Part shown: one piece after another, positions 10,416 through 20,463 of the stretch
How positions within the stretch are numbered: the stretch's first letter is position 1
How the letters are laid out: each line of letters begins with the position of its first letter
DNA from: Candidatus Poribacteria bacterium
GTDB lineage: Bacteria > Poribacteria > WGA-4E > WGA-3G
NCBI GenBank assembly: GCA_965197475.1
Contig: CBDANF010000003.1
Coordinates: 928,001 to 992,000 of the forward strand
Direction of reading: 5' to 3'
Length of the DNA: 64,000 nucleotides
Notes under the pieces: generated by a model
Told to the model about the DNA's origin: nothing
Databases searched by the model: none
What the model saw: the letters and a program-made list of their open reading frames with translations, nothing else
Translations under genes and position numbers: made by a program

Positions 10416-12020
10416 CTATTTGGCAGTCGCGGTAAATCCTGCTGTTTTAATGACTTTTGTAAGTTCATCAACTGTTACTGAGTTTTTCCGCACCTTAATA
10501 ACCGCCTGGTCGGGTAGAGAAACTTCAGCACTGATAACGTTTTGATGTTTTGTAAGTGCATCCTGCACTTTAGCGACACAAGCTCCTCACGTCATACCTG
10601 ACACTGCCAAGGCTACTTCCTCGCTAGCAGCCGTTTTAATTGGCACGGACATGAAAATGTTCAATTGTTTGCCAGAGTTAGCGTCAAATATACGGATTTT
10701 TCCATCAAAACCGCCCGTGGCGAGTTGCAGTTGCGCGCCATCAGGGTGAAAAGCAAGCGCAAACACACTCACAGTATCGCCCTGCATAGATAAAAGCCGT
10801 TTTCCGTTTGCTACGTTATAGATACGTGCTTCACCCGAAGAACCGCCGACTGCAAATTTGCTTCCATCTGCCGAAAAAGCGACTGATTGAATTGAACCCG
10901 ATTGAGGTTCATACGCACGGATAAGGTTGAAGTCTGTGTTGCCGACATCTCTACGGGTTTGACGGAACATTCTGTAAAGCCGAGGAATTCGGTCTTCTCC
11001 AACACTCAAAACCTGGTCTGCATTTGGGTGCCGCGCAATAGCGTTGATTTCTCCGTAGCCTTTGTTGCTTGAGTTAACATCGTCTACAAACGATCCTGTG
11101 TTTACTTCAACTAATTTGAGCGCAGTATCACGACTACAACTGACAAAATGTGTGCCGTCTGTAGAAAAAACAGTCCCGAACACCCAATCACCGTGATTAT
11201 CAAATTTTACAAGTTCCTTCTCGTCCGCAACAGAGATAACGCGTACTGTTTTATCTGAACTTCCAAACGCAACGCGACTGGCATCAGGTGAGAAAGAGAG
11301 TCCGTAGATCGTATCATAAGTGGAACGTATTGCTTTGGTGAGTTTATTTGTAGTGGTATCCCATAGCTGCACCTCGCCAAATTGTGCTGGGGAGCCACCT
11401 GCTACACCCAGTATTTTCCCGTCTTTGGTATAAACGATTGATTGTATCCGCCGCGCTTTTCCTACCAATCGTGCTTTTAGCTCAAAATTCTTTGTGTCAT
11501 ACAACAGAACTTCTCGGACGCCAGACACAGCGAGCATGCTTCCATCGGGTGAGTACGTCATAGCTGAAACAACCGGCGGCACCGTATAACTCGGGTAGTT
11601 TTCACCGTCCATTTCATCTGCTTTCGCGGGCGTATCATCTTTTGCTCCTTCAAGAATCCAACGTTGGATCAATGCTACCTCTTCAGCGGAGAGCGGTTCT
11701 TGGTTCTGCGGCATCGCAGGTGGGTCACCAGAGATAAGTTCAATTATTAAACTCTCATCCGGTTTTCCGGGGATGATTGCTTCTCCTGCCTTCCCACCTT
11801 GCTTGAGTTCAGCAAAAGATGTCACTATCAGATCGCCATTCGGATCGCCGGGGTGATGGCATCCTTGACAACTCCGTTTGAGAATGGGGAAAATCTGTGT
11901 GTGATAACTCACTGGTTCCTCTTTGGCATGGTTATCTGCCGCCACAAACGGACTCCACAGAACAAAACTGAGCAGAAAAATCCTTATATAATTCATAAAC
12001 TTCAATCTTAATATCTTCAT
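10416..12020 (-). CDS. Selenoprotein: planctomycete cytochrome c + WD40 propeller + C-terminal Sec-HMA domain (534 aa; UGA=Sec at 10587-10589)
   Basis: Signal peptide, CQGCH heme motif and WD repeats. Readthrough of the TGA gives VALAVSGMT-U-GACVAKVQDALTKHQNVISAEVSL...DELTKVIKTAGF, a complete HMA fold. A SECIS hairpin follows the UGA. Confidence 0.85.
10550..10586 (-). promoter_or_regulatory. Bacterial SECIS element
   Basis: After UGA: GGAGC-UUGU-GUCGCUA-AAGUGCA-GGA-UGCACUU-ACAA. The apical-loop G is at +24, and the apex resembles the fdhF SECIS (UGCAGGUCUGCA). Confidence 0.8.
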
Positions 12021-12429
12021 GTTTGTTGAAAAACCCTCCCTGTCGTTTCGGCACGTTTTTCAGCCAAGCTACATTACAAATGATATTTTAACATATACTT
12101 TGGGGATAATTATATCACAATTTCACCATACAATTCAAGAAAAATCACTTTTATAATTCAAATCTAAAAATACTTCTACATTTTTCAGAGTTTGCGGCGT
12201 TGATTAACGAAATTGATTGCGTCTCTTACATTCTCATAGCCCTGCGATGCACAACCTAAACACCCAATTAACTCCTCAATTCATGAGTTTTTTCTGTGTA
12301 ACATTTGCAATGGAAGTAACGTAATTTCTTAAACTTGCAATTTTCGAGTATTCACCGCGAAAAGTATTTTTTATTGTCATTCAAATTAAAATTTTCATGG
12401 AATAAGGTATTATAAAAGGAATTGATAGA

Positions 12430-13411
12430 ATGGAAAAACAAGTCTTGAAGTTGAGTTTATGTTTTTTGGGACTGCTGCTTATAGTTACGGGTGGGTGTGA
12501 AAAAGAAAAAACAGAAGACATTACCAAGGTAATACCCGCGACTGAGAAAAAACTTAATGTCGTCGCAACAATTAGCATGATTACCGATATTTTGAATAAT
12601 GTTGGCGGCGATAAAATTGATGTTACCGGAATTATCGGCGAAGGGATTGACCCGCATCTCTATAAACCGACTGCAAGAGATACTAAGCAACTAACGGAAG
12701 CAGATATTATTTTCTACAACGGGTTGAACCTTGAAGTGAGAATTACAGGCACCGTACTTGACAAAATGGCAGATAAAACGAAAGCTGTCGCCGTAACAGA
12801 TAGGATTGATCGTTCACGACTACGGGTAGCGTCTGAATTTCTGGGTGGTTATGACCCGCATGTGTGGCATGATGCATCGCTCTGGATGAATGCGACTGAA
12901 AGGGTGCGAGATACGTTAACTCAAGCTGACCCTAAAAATGCCGAATATTATCATTCTAACGCAAAGAATTACTTGGCAGCATTAGAAAAATTGCATATTG
13001 ACCTGCAAGCCCTCGCAGCACAGATACCTGCTAAGCGTAAGGTTCTTGTCACGACACACGATGCGTTCGGTTACCTCGGAGGTGCTTACGGTTTTCAGGT
13101 GCGCGGACTTTTGGGTATAAACACAGAAGACGAAGTCGGCATCGCCGATGTGAGGGAGCTCGCGGCGTTTATCATTGAACCGTAAAATCCCAACGATGTT
13201 TGTTGACACCTCATCCTCGTCTCGAGGCATTGAGGCTGTTCAAGCTGCTGTTCACGCAAACGGTTTCAATGTCAAAATCGGTGGTGGTCTTTTTGCTGAT
13301 GCAATGGGATCGCCCGGAACGTCTGAAGGGACGTATATCGGCATGATGCGCTACAACATTGATACCATCGTGAACTCGCTTCAAACTGAGTTGGCTTATC
13401 AGGAGCAATGA
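12430..13411 (+). pseudogene. TroA/MntA-type Mn/Zn/Fe ABC transporter solute-binding lipoprotein, frameshifted near 13180
   Basis: Lipobox, DPHLYKP, YDPHVW and THDAFGY motifs. The C-terminus (KIPTMFVD...LFADAMG...TYIGMM) lies in another frame. Confidence 0.8.
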
Positions 13412-13485
13412 GGATAGGATTGGTGGGTTATAGTAAAGCTTTTCATGCTGTAAGGCGGGGTCTCTGTGCCTCGCCACTTACATTG

Positions 13486-13859
13486 TCACGAAATCCATGA
13501 TTCAACATGTTCAGCAATTACCTCAATGTCGGTTATTGATCCATCCGCAATTTCATAACCTAACTTAATAATTGAATTATTGATGTCTTTACGCAGATCA
13601 CAATCGTTCAAATCTAAAAATTTGAGTGCGCACGTTAGACCGATACGCTTATTCCCATCCAGAAATATGTGCCTTGTTATTATATGACGGGCATATACAG
13701 CATCTTTTTGGAATATAAAGTTGGGTAGAGTTCCACATCACCAAATTTTGCACTTACTGCTTCGACTAAATAGTCCAACTGCTCTCTATGCAAAAACTGA
13801 TAATTACCCACTTGGGCCTCGGCAATGATTAGAATTTCCTCAATCGTCAAATATTTCAT
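13486..13859 (-). pseudogene. Fic/Doc (death-on-curing) family protein, frameshifted near 13712
   Basis: N-terminus MKYLTIEEILII...ELYPTL. The second frame reads FQKDAVYARHIITRHIFLDGNKRIG... (Doc motif HxFxDGNKR) to TGA at 13486. The ATG overlaps the TPR gene stop. Confidence 0.8.
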
Positions 13860-14088
13860 AGATTGCCGAGGGTTTTCCATGCGTAATCGTAATCTTTCAG
13901 TATTTTATCTAAGGCAATGAGAGAGTTATATTTCATGCATCTGGCAATCGCGAGGTCTAATTTAGCCCTTTCTCGCTTTTTGAGGCGTAACAAGGCTCCA
14001 TCGCGATAGTAATATGCCTCAGCAAAATCGGGATTGAGTGCTATCGCTTTGGAATAGTCAGCAATAGCAAGTTTTACCTGACTTTTTT

Positions 14089-15074
14089 GGCTCATGTAAA
14101 AAGTAAGTGCTATTTTTTCAAAGTTATGTTAGCGTGTTACCTATGGACTTTCCAATACAATCTCTCCTGGATGAAGAAAAAACTCAAGCGTGGGTGTTGG
14201 ATCATTTCCACCTTCAAGGGCTGTGTTGCCCAAAATGCCAAGCGAGCGTGGCGGAGGCACGCAAGTTCCGTCCGACTGAAACAAGTGGTCTACAAGTGTA
14301 TCGCTGCAAACACTGTGAGAGCATCTACAACCTCTATACCGGGACGGTCTTTGCTGGCACGCAGTTTCGTCCCTCACAGGTCGTTCTGCTTTTGCGCGGT
14401 GTCTGTCAAGGTGTTTCAAGTGCACAACTCGGGTGTGAACTGGGTCTAAGTCGTCAAACCGTTCTTTCTATAAGACGTAAACTCCAAACTTCGGCAGAGC
14501 AGATACAACCCGAAGCTGCTTTACCTGATGCTGAAGTCGAAACAGATGAGATGTTTCAAAACGCCGGTGAAAAAGGCGATAAGCACGTTGATGCTTCGGA
14601 TCCGCCGCGTCGGCGTGGCAATAAACGCAGGGGACATGGGACTTATGACAATGATCGTCCGCCTATTGTTGGGACGAAAGGTCGCGAAAGCGGTCTCCTG
14701 AGATTACGTGTTGTGCGGCACACCGATTCTGCGACGCTTTCAACACACGTTCATCAGTGGACGTTGCCGACTTCAACGGTGTATACGGATGGTTGGCGTG
14801 GCTATAACCGTATTCAGCGCGCCCGTGAGATTGTTCTCCATAAGGATGGCGAGTGGGCAAGAGACGCAGACGGTGATGGTCTTTACGAGATCCATACAAG
14901 GACGATTGAAGGTGCCTGGACGACGCTGCGAAACTTCCTTCGTCCCTTTCGTGGCGTTCATAAAAAGTTCCTCGCCGGTTACGTCGCAATCTGTGAGTTC
15001 GTCATGAATCTAAAAGCTGTCAGTGTTGATTTTATAGCAAAACTCGTCAAAAGCACTTACTCTTGACATGAGCG
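14089..15074 (+). mobile_element. IS1595-family IS (986 bp, no cargo)
   Basis: IRs GGCTCATGTAAAAAGTAAGTGCT / AGCACTTACTCTTGACATGAGCG; 8-bp TSD ACTTTTTT at 14081-14088 and 15075-15082. Confidence 0.9.
14107..15066 (+). CDS. IS1595 transposase
   Basis: Zn ribbon CPKC...CKHC, VETDEM, YTDGW and TIEGAW motifs. The true start is probably ATG at 14143. Confidence 0.9.
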   Translation: MLFFQSYVSVLPMDFPIQSLLDEEKTQAWVLDHFHLQGLCCPKCQASVAEARKFRPTETSGLQVYRCKHCESIYNLYTGTVFAGTQFRPSQVVLLLRGVCQGVSSAQLGCELGLSRQTVLSIRRKLQTSAEQIQPEAALPDAEVETDEMFQNAGEKGDKHVDASDPPRRRGNKRRGHGTYDNDRPPIVGTKGRESGLLRLRVVRHTDSATLSTHVHQWTLPTSTVYTDGWRGYNRIQRAREIVLHKDGEWARDADGDGLYEIHTRTIEGAWTTLRNFLRPFRGVHKKFLAGYVAICEFVMNLKAVSVDFIAKLVKSTYS

Positions 15075-16091
15075 ACTTTTTTTAGCATAGGCTAAACCAC
15101 GATTTTTATACGCAATCGCACCATTGGGATTTAATTCAATCGCTTTGTTATGGTCTTCAATGGCGCGATCAACTTCTCCTTTGTCCTTGTAAATCACACA
15201 TCGATTGTTATATGCACTTGTATAATCAGGTTCCAGTTCAATAGCTTTGTCATAGTTTTGCAGTGCCATATCCATTTCACCCATGATACTGTAAACCTTG
15301 CCGAGATTGTAATAAGCACCAGCATTATTCGGTTTTAGTTCTATTGACTTTTTAAGGTCTGTGAAGGCTTTTTCAATCTCACCTTTTGCGCCGTAAGCAC
15401 TTCCTCTATGGTTATAGGCCTCAGCATAATTTCGGTTCAACTCTATTGCTTTATTGTAGTTTTTAATAGCGAGATCTAACTCACCTTTTCTGAAGTAAGC
15501 ATTTCCGCGATTGTTATATGCACTAGCATCATCTGGGTCTAATTCTATCGCCTTGTTGTAGTCTTCAATGGCGCGATCAACTTTACCTTTACTGAAATAA
15601 GCTGTCCCGCGGTTGCTGTAAGTCATAACATGATACGGATCACATTCTATCGCCTTGTTAAAATCTTTGATCGCTCTGTCAACCTCACTGTTGCTGAAAT
15701 AGGCTGCCCCACGGATGTTATATGCCATAGCATAATTTGGGTTTAGATTTATTGCAGTGTCATAGTCTGTGAAGGCTTTGTCAAACTCGCCCTTTCTGTT
15801 GTAGGCATTTCCGCGATTGTAGTAGACAAGGGGACTATCTGGGTCAAGTTCTATTGCTTTGTTATAATCTTTCGCAATGAGTAGTTTTGGACTTGAGAAA
15901 AATTTTAAAAAATCGCTATAAAGCCTTGTGTCCACTGGGTTTATATGGTATAATATAGATAAGAAAATAGGGGGTTGGTAGCCCCCTAAATGAACACAAA
16001 AAGCGAGTTGCTTTTTGACGGTTCTAATCTTATCTGGTATTATATCAGAAATCCGTCAGAAAAAGCAACTCCTATTTCAAGGAGTTATCTG

Positions 16092-16973
16092 ATGGATTTG
16101 TTGAAGGTGATGGAGCGTTTTCCCGATCAAGAGAGTTGTATTTCGCATTTAGAGAAGATTCGGTGGCGAGGTAAACCTGTGTGTCCGCATTGTGAAAGCG
16201 ATCATATAGGAGAACGGACAGAAACAGAAATCGGTCGTATCGGTCGTTGGAACTGCCACGAGTGCCAAGTGAGTTTCAAGGTGACGTGCAGGTCGGTGTT
16301 TCACGGGACAAAGATAGCGTTACAGAAGTGGTTTTTGGCTATTTCGTTGATAACGAATGCGAAGAAAAGTTTGTCAAGTCATCAACTTGCGCGCGATTTA
16401 GACTTGAATCAAAAGACAGCATGGTATATCATGACTCGTATCCGTGCTGAAATGGCAAAGAAAGGTAACGTGCTACTACAAGGCATCATAGAGGCAGATG
16501 AAACTTACATCGGGGGTAAACCTCGTAAGCCTAATAAGAAGGAAGACCACGTGCCTGCCAAGCGTGGACGTGGAACAGAGAAAGACGCTATTATCGGGGC
16601 AGTACAGCGGGGCGGGAAAGTTGTAGCACAACTCGCTAAAGATTTGACAGGACGGACTATTTTAGACTTTATCCGAAGAGTCGTCAAAGTTGAGGATTCG
16701 GAGTTGATGACCGATGAGTATAAGGCGTATCTCGCTATCGGCAAGGAGATGAAACACCATATCATAGATCATCAAACGCAATTTGTTGAGGGTGATGTCC
16801 ACACAAACACAATTGAGGGGTTTTGGAGTCTACTCAAACGAGCTTGGTATGGAAGTCATCACCACTACTGGACTAAATATACGCCCCTGTATGTAGCAGA
16901 GGCGTGCTATAAATACAACTATAGGAGCATTGACAGTATCTTTGATAAGTTTGTTAATGAAAGTATGCGGTGA
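16092..16973 (+). CDS. IS1595 transposase (copy A, 293 aa)
   Basis: CPHC/CHEC Zn ribbon, IEADETYIGG, MTDEY and HTNTIEGFWSLLKR. SD AGGAG precedes ATG 16092. Confidence 0.93.
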   Translation: MDLLKVMERFPDQESCISHLEKIRWRGKPVCPHCESDHIGERTETEIGRIGRWNCHECQVSFKVTCRSVFHGTKIALQKWFLAISLITNAKKSLSSHQLARDLDLNQKTAWYIMTRIRAEMAKKGNVLLQGIIEADETYIGGKPRKPNKKEDHVPAKRGRGTEKDAIIGAVQRGGKVVAQLAKDLTGRTILDFIRRVVKVEDSELMTDEYKAYLAIGKEMKHHIIDHQTQFVEGDVHTNTIEGFWSLLKRAWYGSHHHYWTKYTPLYVAEACYKYNYRSIDSIFDKFVNESMR

Positions 16974-16982
16974 TGGACACAA

Positions 16983-17255
16983 CTAAAGGTATGCCTTATC
17001 AATCTTGTTCTTTTTGTCATCAGGATTTGAGGGAAAATGCTGTGGAAGTTCAAAAGTTGGCTTTCCATCTTTCAGAGCATCGATCATGTCAAGAGCAAAT
17101 TCCAACCTCTCATTGTCCGTGTCAAAAGGTTTCTGAATCACTACGCGAAAATTTGTATCAAGTTTTACAAGGGCGAGTTCTACAAAACTCTCTGTATGTA
17201 AGGCTAAAAGTGAAAAATCAACAGGATCGGAAGGCGGCTTGAATATTACCCACAT
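16983..17255 (-). CDS. IS cargo protein, 90 aa, unknown function (distant paralog of 26059-26331)
   Basis: Strong SD (AAAGGAGA); FDTDNERLEFALDMIDAL aligns ungapped with FKSKEEMLTTFDNFMDAL. Confidence 0.65.
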   Translation of the reverse strand: MWVIFKPPSDPVDFSLLALHTESFVELALVKLDTNFRVVIQKPFDTDNERLEFALDMIDALKDGKPTFELPQHFPSNPDDKKNKIDKAYL

Positions 17256-17311
17256 GGGTTTAGTCTCCTTTGGGGTTAGAGGGGACAGAGTCCCCTCGTT
17301 GGTTGGAATTG

Positions 17312-17701
17312 CTAATACCCGTATGGAGAATCAGCAGCTGAAATTAAAATTATCCAAAGTCCCACCATAGTGCCAGTTCCAATAACACATCCTATTGTAG
17401 CATGTGTTATTTGGTCGTTTTTCACAAGTTTTTGATAAATGCTTGTGTAATAAGCAACATATTCTGGTGATTTTCCAAGCAATTTTTCTGGTAGTACCGT
17501 TGGTGTGACAACATACGCAATTAACATACCGGTAACACCAAGTAGACAACCAACAGTTCCCCATATTTGAGTGTTTGCAAGTGTTGCATCACGTCGTGCA
17601 TCAAATATTGCTTGCGCAGCATCACTTGTTTGTTGTGCAAGTGTGAGATATGGCGTAGTGAATAACATCACAACCATTATAAACGACAAAGTTTTCATCA
17701 A
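17312..17701 (-). CDS. IS cargo exported/membrane protein, 129 aa
   Basis: Signal peptide plus two hydrophobic segments; AAAGGA SD. Confidence 0.7.
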   Translation of the reverse strand: MMKTLSFIMVVMLFTTPYLTLAQQTSDAAQAIFDARRDATLANTQIWGTVGCLLGVTGMLIAYVVTPTVLPEKLLGKSPEYVAYYTSIYQKLVKNDQITHATIGCVIGTGTMVGLWIILISAADSPYGY

Positions 17702-17768
17702 TGTTCCTTTTGTGAGGTAAAATGTGTATGTAGGGGATCAAAAGACCCCCTACATGTTTGCAAGCGGA

Positions 17769-17900
17769 TTATTTACACCGCTTGTGAGGTTTGACAGTTT
17801 CTTTCACCGTTGTGGCGGGACGGCGTTTGTCCGTGCCTTTGGGAAGGAACCGTCCATCTTTGGCATCGCGTACACGCGTGCCAGTGGCTTTTTTAGCCAT
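17769..17900 (-). CDS. IS cargo small basic protein, 43 aa (MAKKATGTRVRDAKDGRFLPK...RRPATTVKET)
   Basis: GAGG SD before ATG 17900. The RDAKxGxF...RRPATTVxET pattern is, from memory, seen in a widespread family of tiny hypothetical proteins. Confidence 0.65.
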   Translation of the reverse strand: MAKKATGTRVRDAKDGRFLPKGTDKRRPATTVKETVKPHKRCK

Positions 17901-18007
17901 AGTATACCTCACTTTGCTTGAGATAAATTGGTGCATAGCGTATTTCCAGTGCGTTATGCACTGTTCAAGCATATAAAATTGATACGTTAAACGGGTATCG
18001 TTCGTAG

Positions 18008-18084
18008 GTTCGTTTACACCTTTCTATGGGTGAGGGCAGGACACAACACAAGGAGTGTTGCGATAGAAATCCTGCCCAACGAAC
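18008..18084 (-). ncRNA. Putative pseudoknotted structured RNA (cargo-operon leader, copy A)
   Basis: GUUCGUU-GGGCAGGA-UUUCUAU-CGCAACAC-uccuu-GUGUUGUG-UCCUGCCC-ucaccc-AUAGAAA-ggugua-AACGAAC; same topology as 25426-25507. Confidence 0.75.
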
Positions 18085-18092
18085 TTGAGAAT

Positions 18093-18122
18093 AGTATAAC
18101 ATGGAAAGAATTTGAGTGTCAA
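18093..18122 (-). promoter_or_regulatory. Inward sigma70 promoter of IS copy A cargo operon
   Basis: TTGACA-N18-TATACT with a TG extended -10. Confidence 0.75.
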
Positions 18123-18168
18123 GTGAAAAATTTGAGAAAAAATTTCAAGTCCAAAACTACTCATTGCG

Positions 18169-18270
18169 AAAAACTATTCCAGTTATTACACAAACAATGA
18201 CACCGATCCAAAAAAATATTGAAATGATAGCTGGTGTTATCATTGTTTTAAAATTTAGAAAATCTTTCAT
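18169..18270 (-). pseudogene. DUF4282-like membrane protein, 3'-truncated by IS copy A
   Basis: MKDFLNFKTMITPAIISIFFWIGVIVCVITGIVF ends exactly at the IR. Confidence 0.65.
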
Positions 18271-18298
18271 GTGGATTCCCCCGTTTTATCCGTTAAGC

Positions 18299-19060
18299 TC
18301 AGGATTTGTTTTTCACACCTTCGGCCATCAATTTATATTCCGCCGCTCCCGATGCAATCCATCCGCCGACACCTACGAGTAGAAACTGCACACCTGCCTT
18401 CACATATTTTTCAACGGTATCATCCATCGCCAATATGCCAGCGACACGACCCGCATCTTGGATACGTGCCAATGCCGTATCAATAGTATTTTGCACATCG
18501 GGGTGGTTATGATTGCCAATATGTCCCATTGAAGTCGCTAAATCTGAGGGTGCTACAAAAAACACATCAATATGATCAACGCTGAGGATTTCGTCCAAAT
18601 TGTTTACTGCAACAATATCTTCAATTAAGACCACGAGCAACGTCTGTGAATTGGCGACCTCAAAATAGTTGTCCACACCGTAACCTTGACGACTCGTGAA
18701 CATGCCTCGATGTCCGATCGGTGCGAACTTTCCGCCATCAACAACATTTTGTGCTTCTGCTTTCGTGTTGACATGTGGCACGACGATGCCCATCGCACCA
18801 CAATCCAACGTGCGGTAGATAAGTGCTTGATCGTTACGATTGACACGTACCACAGATGTCATGCCCCACAGATCGCATGCGCGTGTGAGATTCCCCAGAT
18901 TTGACGCATCTACATTGCCATGTTCACCTTCTAACCACACGCTATCATATCCGTTTGGACCGAAGGCATCAATATCATCTGCGTTCGTCAATCCTGCGAT
19001 GATGTATGTGAGCTCACCATCAGCCAACTTCTGTTTTATCCGATTTGGTCTTATTTCCAT
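18299..19060 (-). CDS. HpcH/HpaI aldolase family protein
   Basis: EGEHG, VRV, LDCGAMGIVVPHV, LIED and APSDL. Confidence 0.9.
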   Translation of the reverse strand: MEIRPNRIKQKLADGELTYIIAGLTNADDIDAFGPNGYDSVWLEGEHGNVDASNLGNLTRACDLWGMTSVVRVNRNDQALIYRTLDCGAMGIVVPHVNTKAEAQNVVDGGKFAPIGHRGMFTSRQGYGVDNYFEVANSQTLLVVLIEDIVAVNNLDEILSVDHIDVFFVAPSDLATSMGHIGNHNHPDVQNTIDTALARIQDAGRVAGILAMDDTVEKYVKAGVQFLLVGVGGWIASGAAEYKLMAEGVKNKS

Positions 19061-19080
19061 AATGTTTTATGTTCTCTCTT

Positions 19081-20463
19081 TCAGTTATTGGGTTTTGTAA
19101 GGAATTCTGTCGGTAACACTTGATGTACAGTATCAATCACCAATTGTTCAACACCAGGAGCAAATCGGGTTGGCTGCCCGAAATAGATCATTGCACCGCC
19201 ACCTTCGTATCCACCTTCAGCTAACACGCGTTCTGATGGAATATAGCCGGGGAATGCGTTTGCATAAGCACTTACCCATAGTCTTGTAGCATCAAATTCC
19301 TTTTTCAGACGCAGCGAAAAATCTACTACCACCTCACTTGCAAGGAAAAGCACTGCCAATTCATCACCGAACGTCCATGCCTGTATCGGATAGGATATTT
19401 CCGTCTTGATTGATTGTCCGTTTTTTAACATTTCAAGATGTTTTTTCGCATGGTATGCGGGTGCACCACCTTGTGCAGCCCGTGCCTCCCATTCTTCATG
19501 GGTCGGGAGTTTATCAAACGGTAAATTCACTCTCTCAAATACGCCTATAGGGACATTGGAAATGCTTATTGCCTCTCGTTCAAGTTGGTGTTCAACCTCT
19601 TGTGCAAGTGCATGTCCGTGTTCTTTTGCATAAGCGAGACGTGTTTCAAATACCTCTTGCTTTCCTTCAGGCATTGGTCGCATCCGTGACTCTGGGTTTG
19701 CGTCAGCCCCACAGCTGATCGTTATTAAGGCAGTTACGTCGGGCTGCGCTTTTTGAATCTCTTCTTGTGCATATCCTGCCCAGTCTCCACAGATATGGTT
19801 GTCCGAACCTGCTAACGTTGTGCAATGGCATGCGTAACTTGCCCACACAGCACGCAAAGTGCCATCTGCATCAGTAAACTGCATGACAGGTAATGAATGA
19901 TCGACAGGTCCACCATCTGTGCGCCGATTTTTTGCGAAACCGAGTTCTCCGATGTTCCATGCTAATTGACACGGTTTTCGCCTTGTGAGTGCCTCCATTG
20001 TGACAGTTTCCATCCAGTTAGCAAGTTGACGGGTGTATCGGTCAATCTTTTCTTGTTCTTCTGGCGAAATATCGGAACTGAAAATGAACGATGCAGCGTT
20101 TGTCAGGCACGGCGCGCTATGCGTATGTGTGAAACATGCAACAAAATTCTCCCGTGAGATTCCAGTTTTATGTTCTACGCGATGGGACACTTCTTCGGTC
20201 AACTCATCAGGTAACCCGCAATTTTCTACGGTTACCATGACCACGGGACCCTCTGCATCGCTACCAATGGCGAGTGCCTTCGCCCATATCCGCTGAATAA
20301 TACCTTCGGATTTTGTTCTCCGACTTCCGTAACCGTTGAGTCGAATTGGGTAATCGGGAGTAATGTCAATTTGTGCAACGCCAACTTCAATAAGAGTATC
20401 TCTATCTGTCATTTGAATTTCCTTTATACTATGCCACTTTTTCAAAGATAATACGTTTTTCAC
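19081..20463 (-). CDS. Neutral/alkaline ceramidase-like N-terminal domain protein
   Basis: DITP, THTHSAP, YACHCT, YIPS and GGYEG. The start is probably at MTDRD (~20412). Confidence 0.8.
   Translation of the reverse strand: MKNVLSLKKWHSIKEIQMTDRDTLIEVGVAQIDITPDYPIRLNGYGSRRTKSEGIIQRIWAKALAIGSDAEGPVVMVTVENCGLPDELTEEVSHRVEHKTGISRENFVACFTHTHSAPCLTNAASFIFSSDISPEEQEKIDRYTRQLANWMETVTMEALTRRKPCQLAWNIGELGFAKNRRTDGGPVDHSLPVMQFTDADGTLRAVWASYACHCTTLAGSDNHICGDWAGYAQEEIQKAQPDVTALITISCGADANPESRMRPMPEGKQEVFETRLAYAKEHGHALAQEVEHQLEREAISISNVPIGVFERVNLPFDKLPTHEEWEARAAQGGAPAYHAKKHLEMLKNGQSIKTEISYPIQAWTFGDELAVLFLASEVVVDFSLRLKKEFDATRLWVSAYANAFPGYIPSERVLAEGGYEGGGAMIYFGQPTRFAPGVEQLVIDTVHQVLPTEFLTKPNN

Larger units (their letters stand above)
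13856..15872 (-). pseudogene. TPR-repeat protein interrupted by an IS1595 (14089-15074) and 5'-truncated by a second IS1595
   Basis: Repeated AYYNRG...AIxDYNKAIELxP units. Removing the IS and one TSD restores the frame AYAKKSQVKLAIADYSKAIALN. Confidence 0.85.
15873..18168 (+). mobile_element. Cargo-carrying IS1595 transposon, copy A (2296 bp)
   Basis: Perfect IRs CGCAATGAGTAGTTTTGGACTTGA / TCAAGTCCAAAACTACTCATTGCG. Flanks TAATCTTT and AAAAACTA do not match, so there is no TSD. Confidence 0.9.

Noticed and set aside
12030-12420. Zur/Fur box in the divergent intergenic region
   Set aside because: AT-rich with only partial palindromes; no site could be supported by eye.
12430-13859. Programmed frameshifts in the TroA-like and Doc genes
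   Set aside because: No convincing slippery heptamer or stimulator; more likely decay or indel sequencing errors.
16970-17242. ORFs coupled to the transposase stop codons (also 26264-26497)
   Set aside because: They are antisense to or overlap better-supported cargo genes with strong SDs, and are not similar between the two copies; probably spurious.
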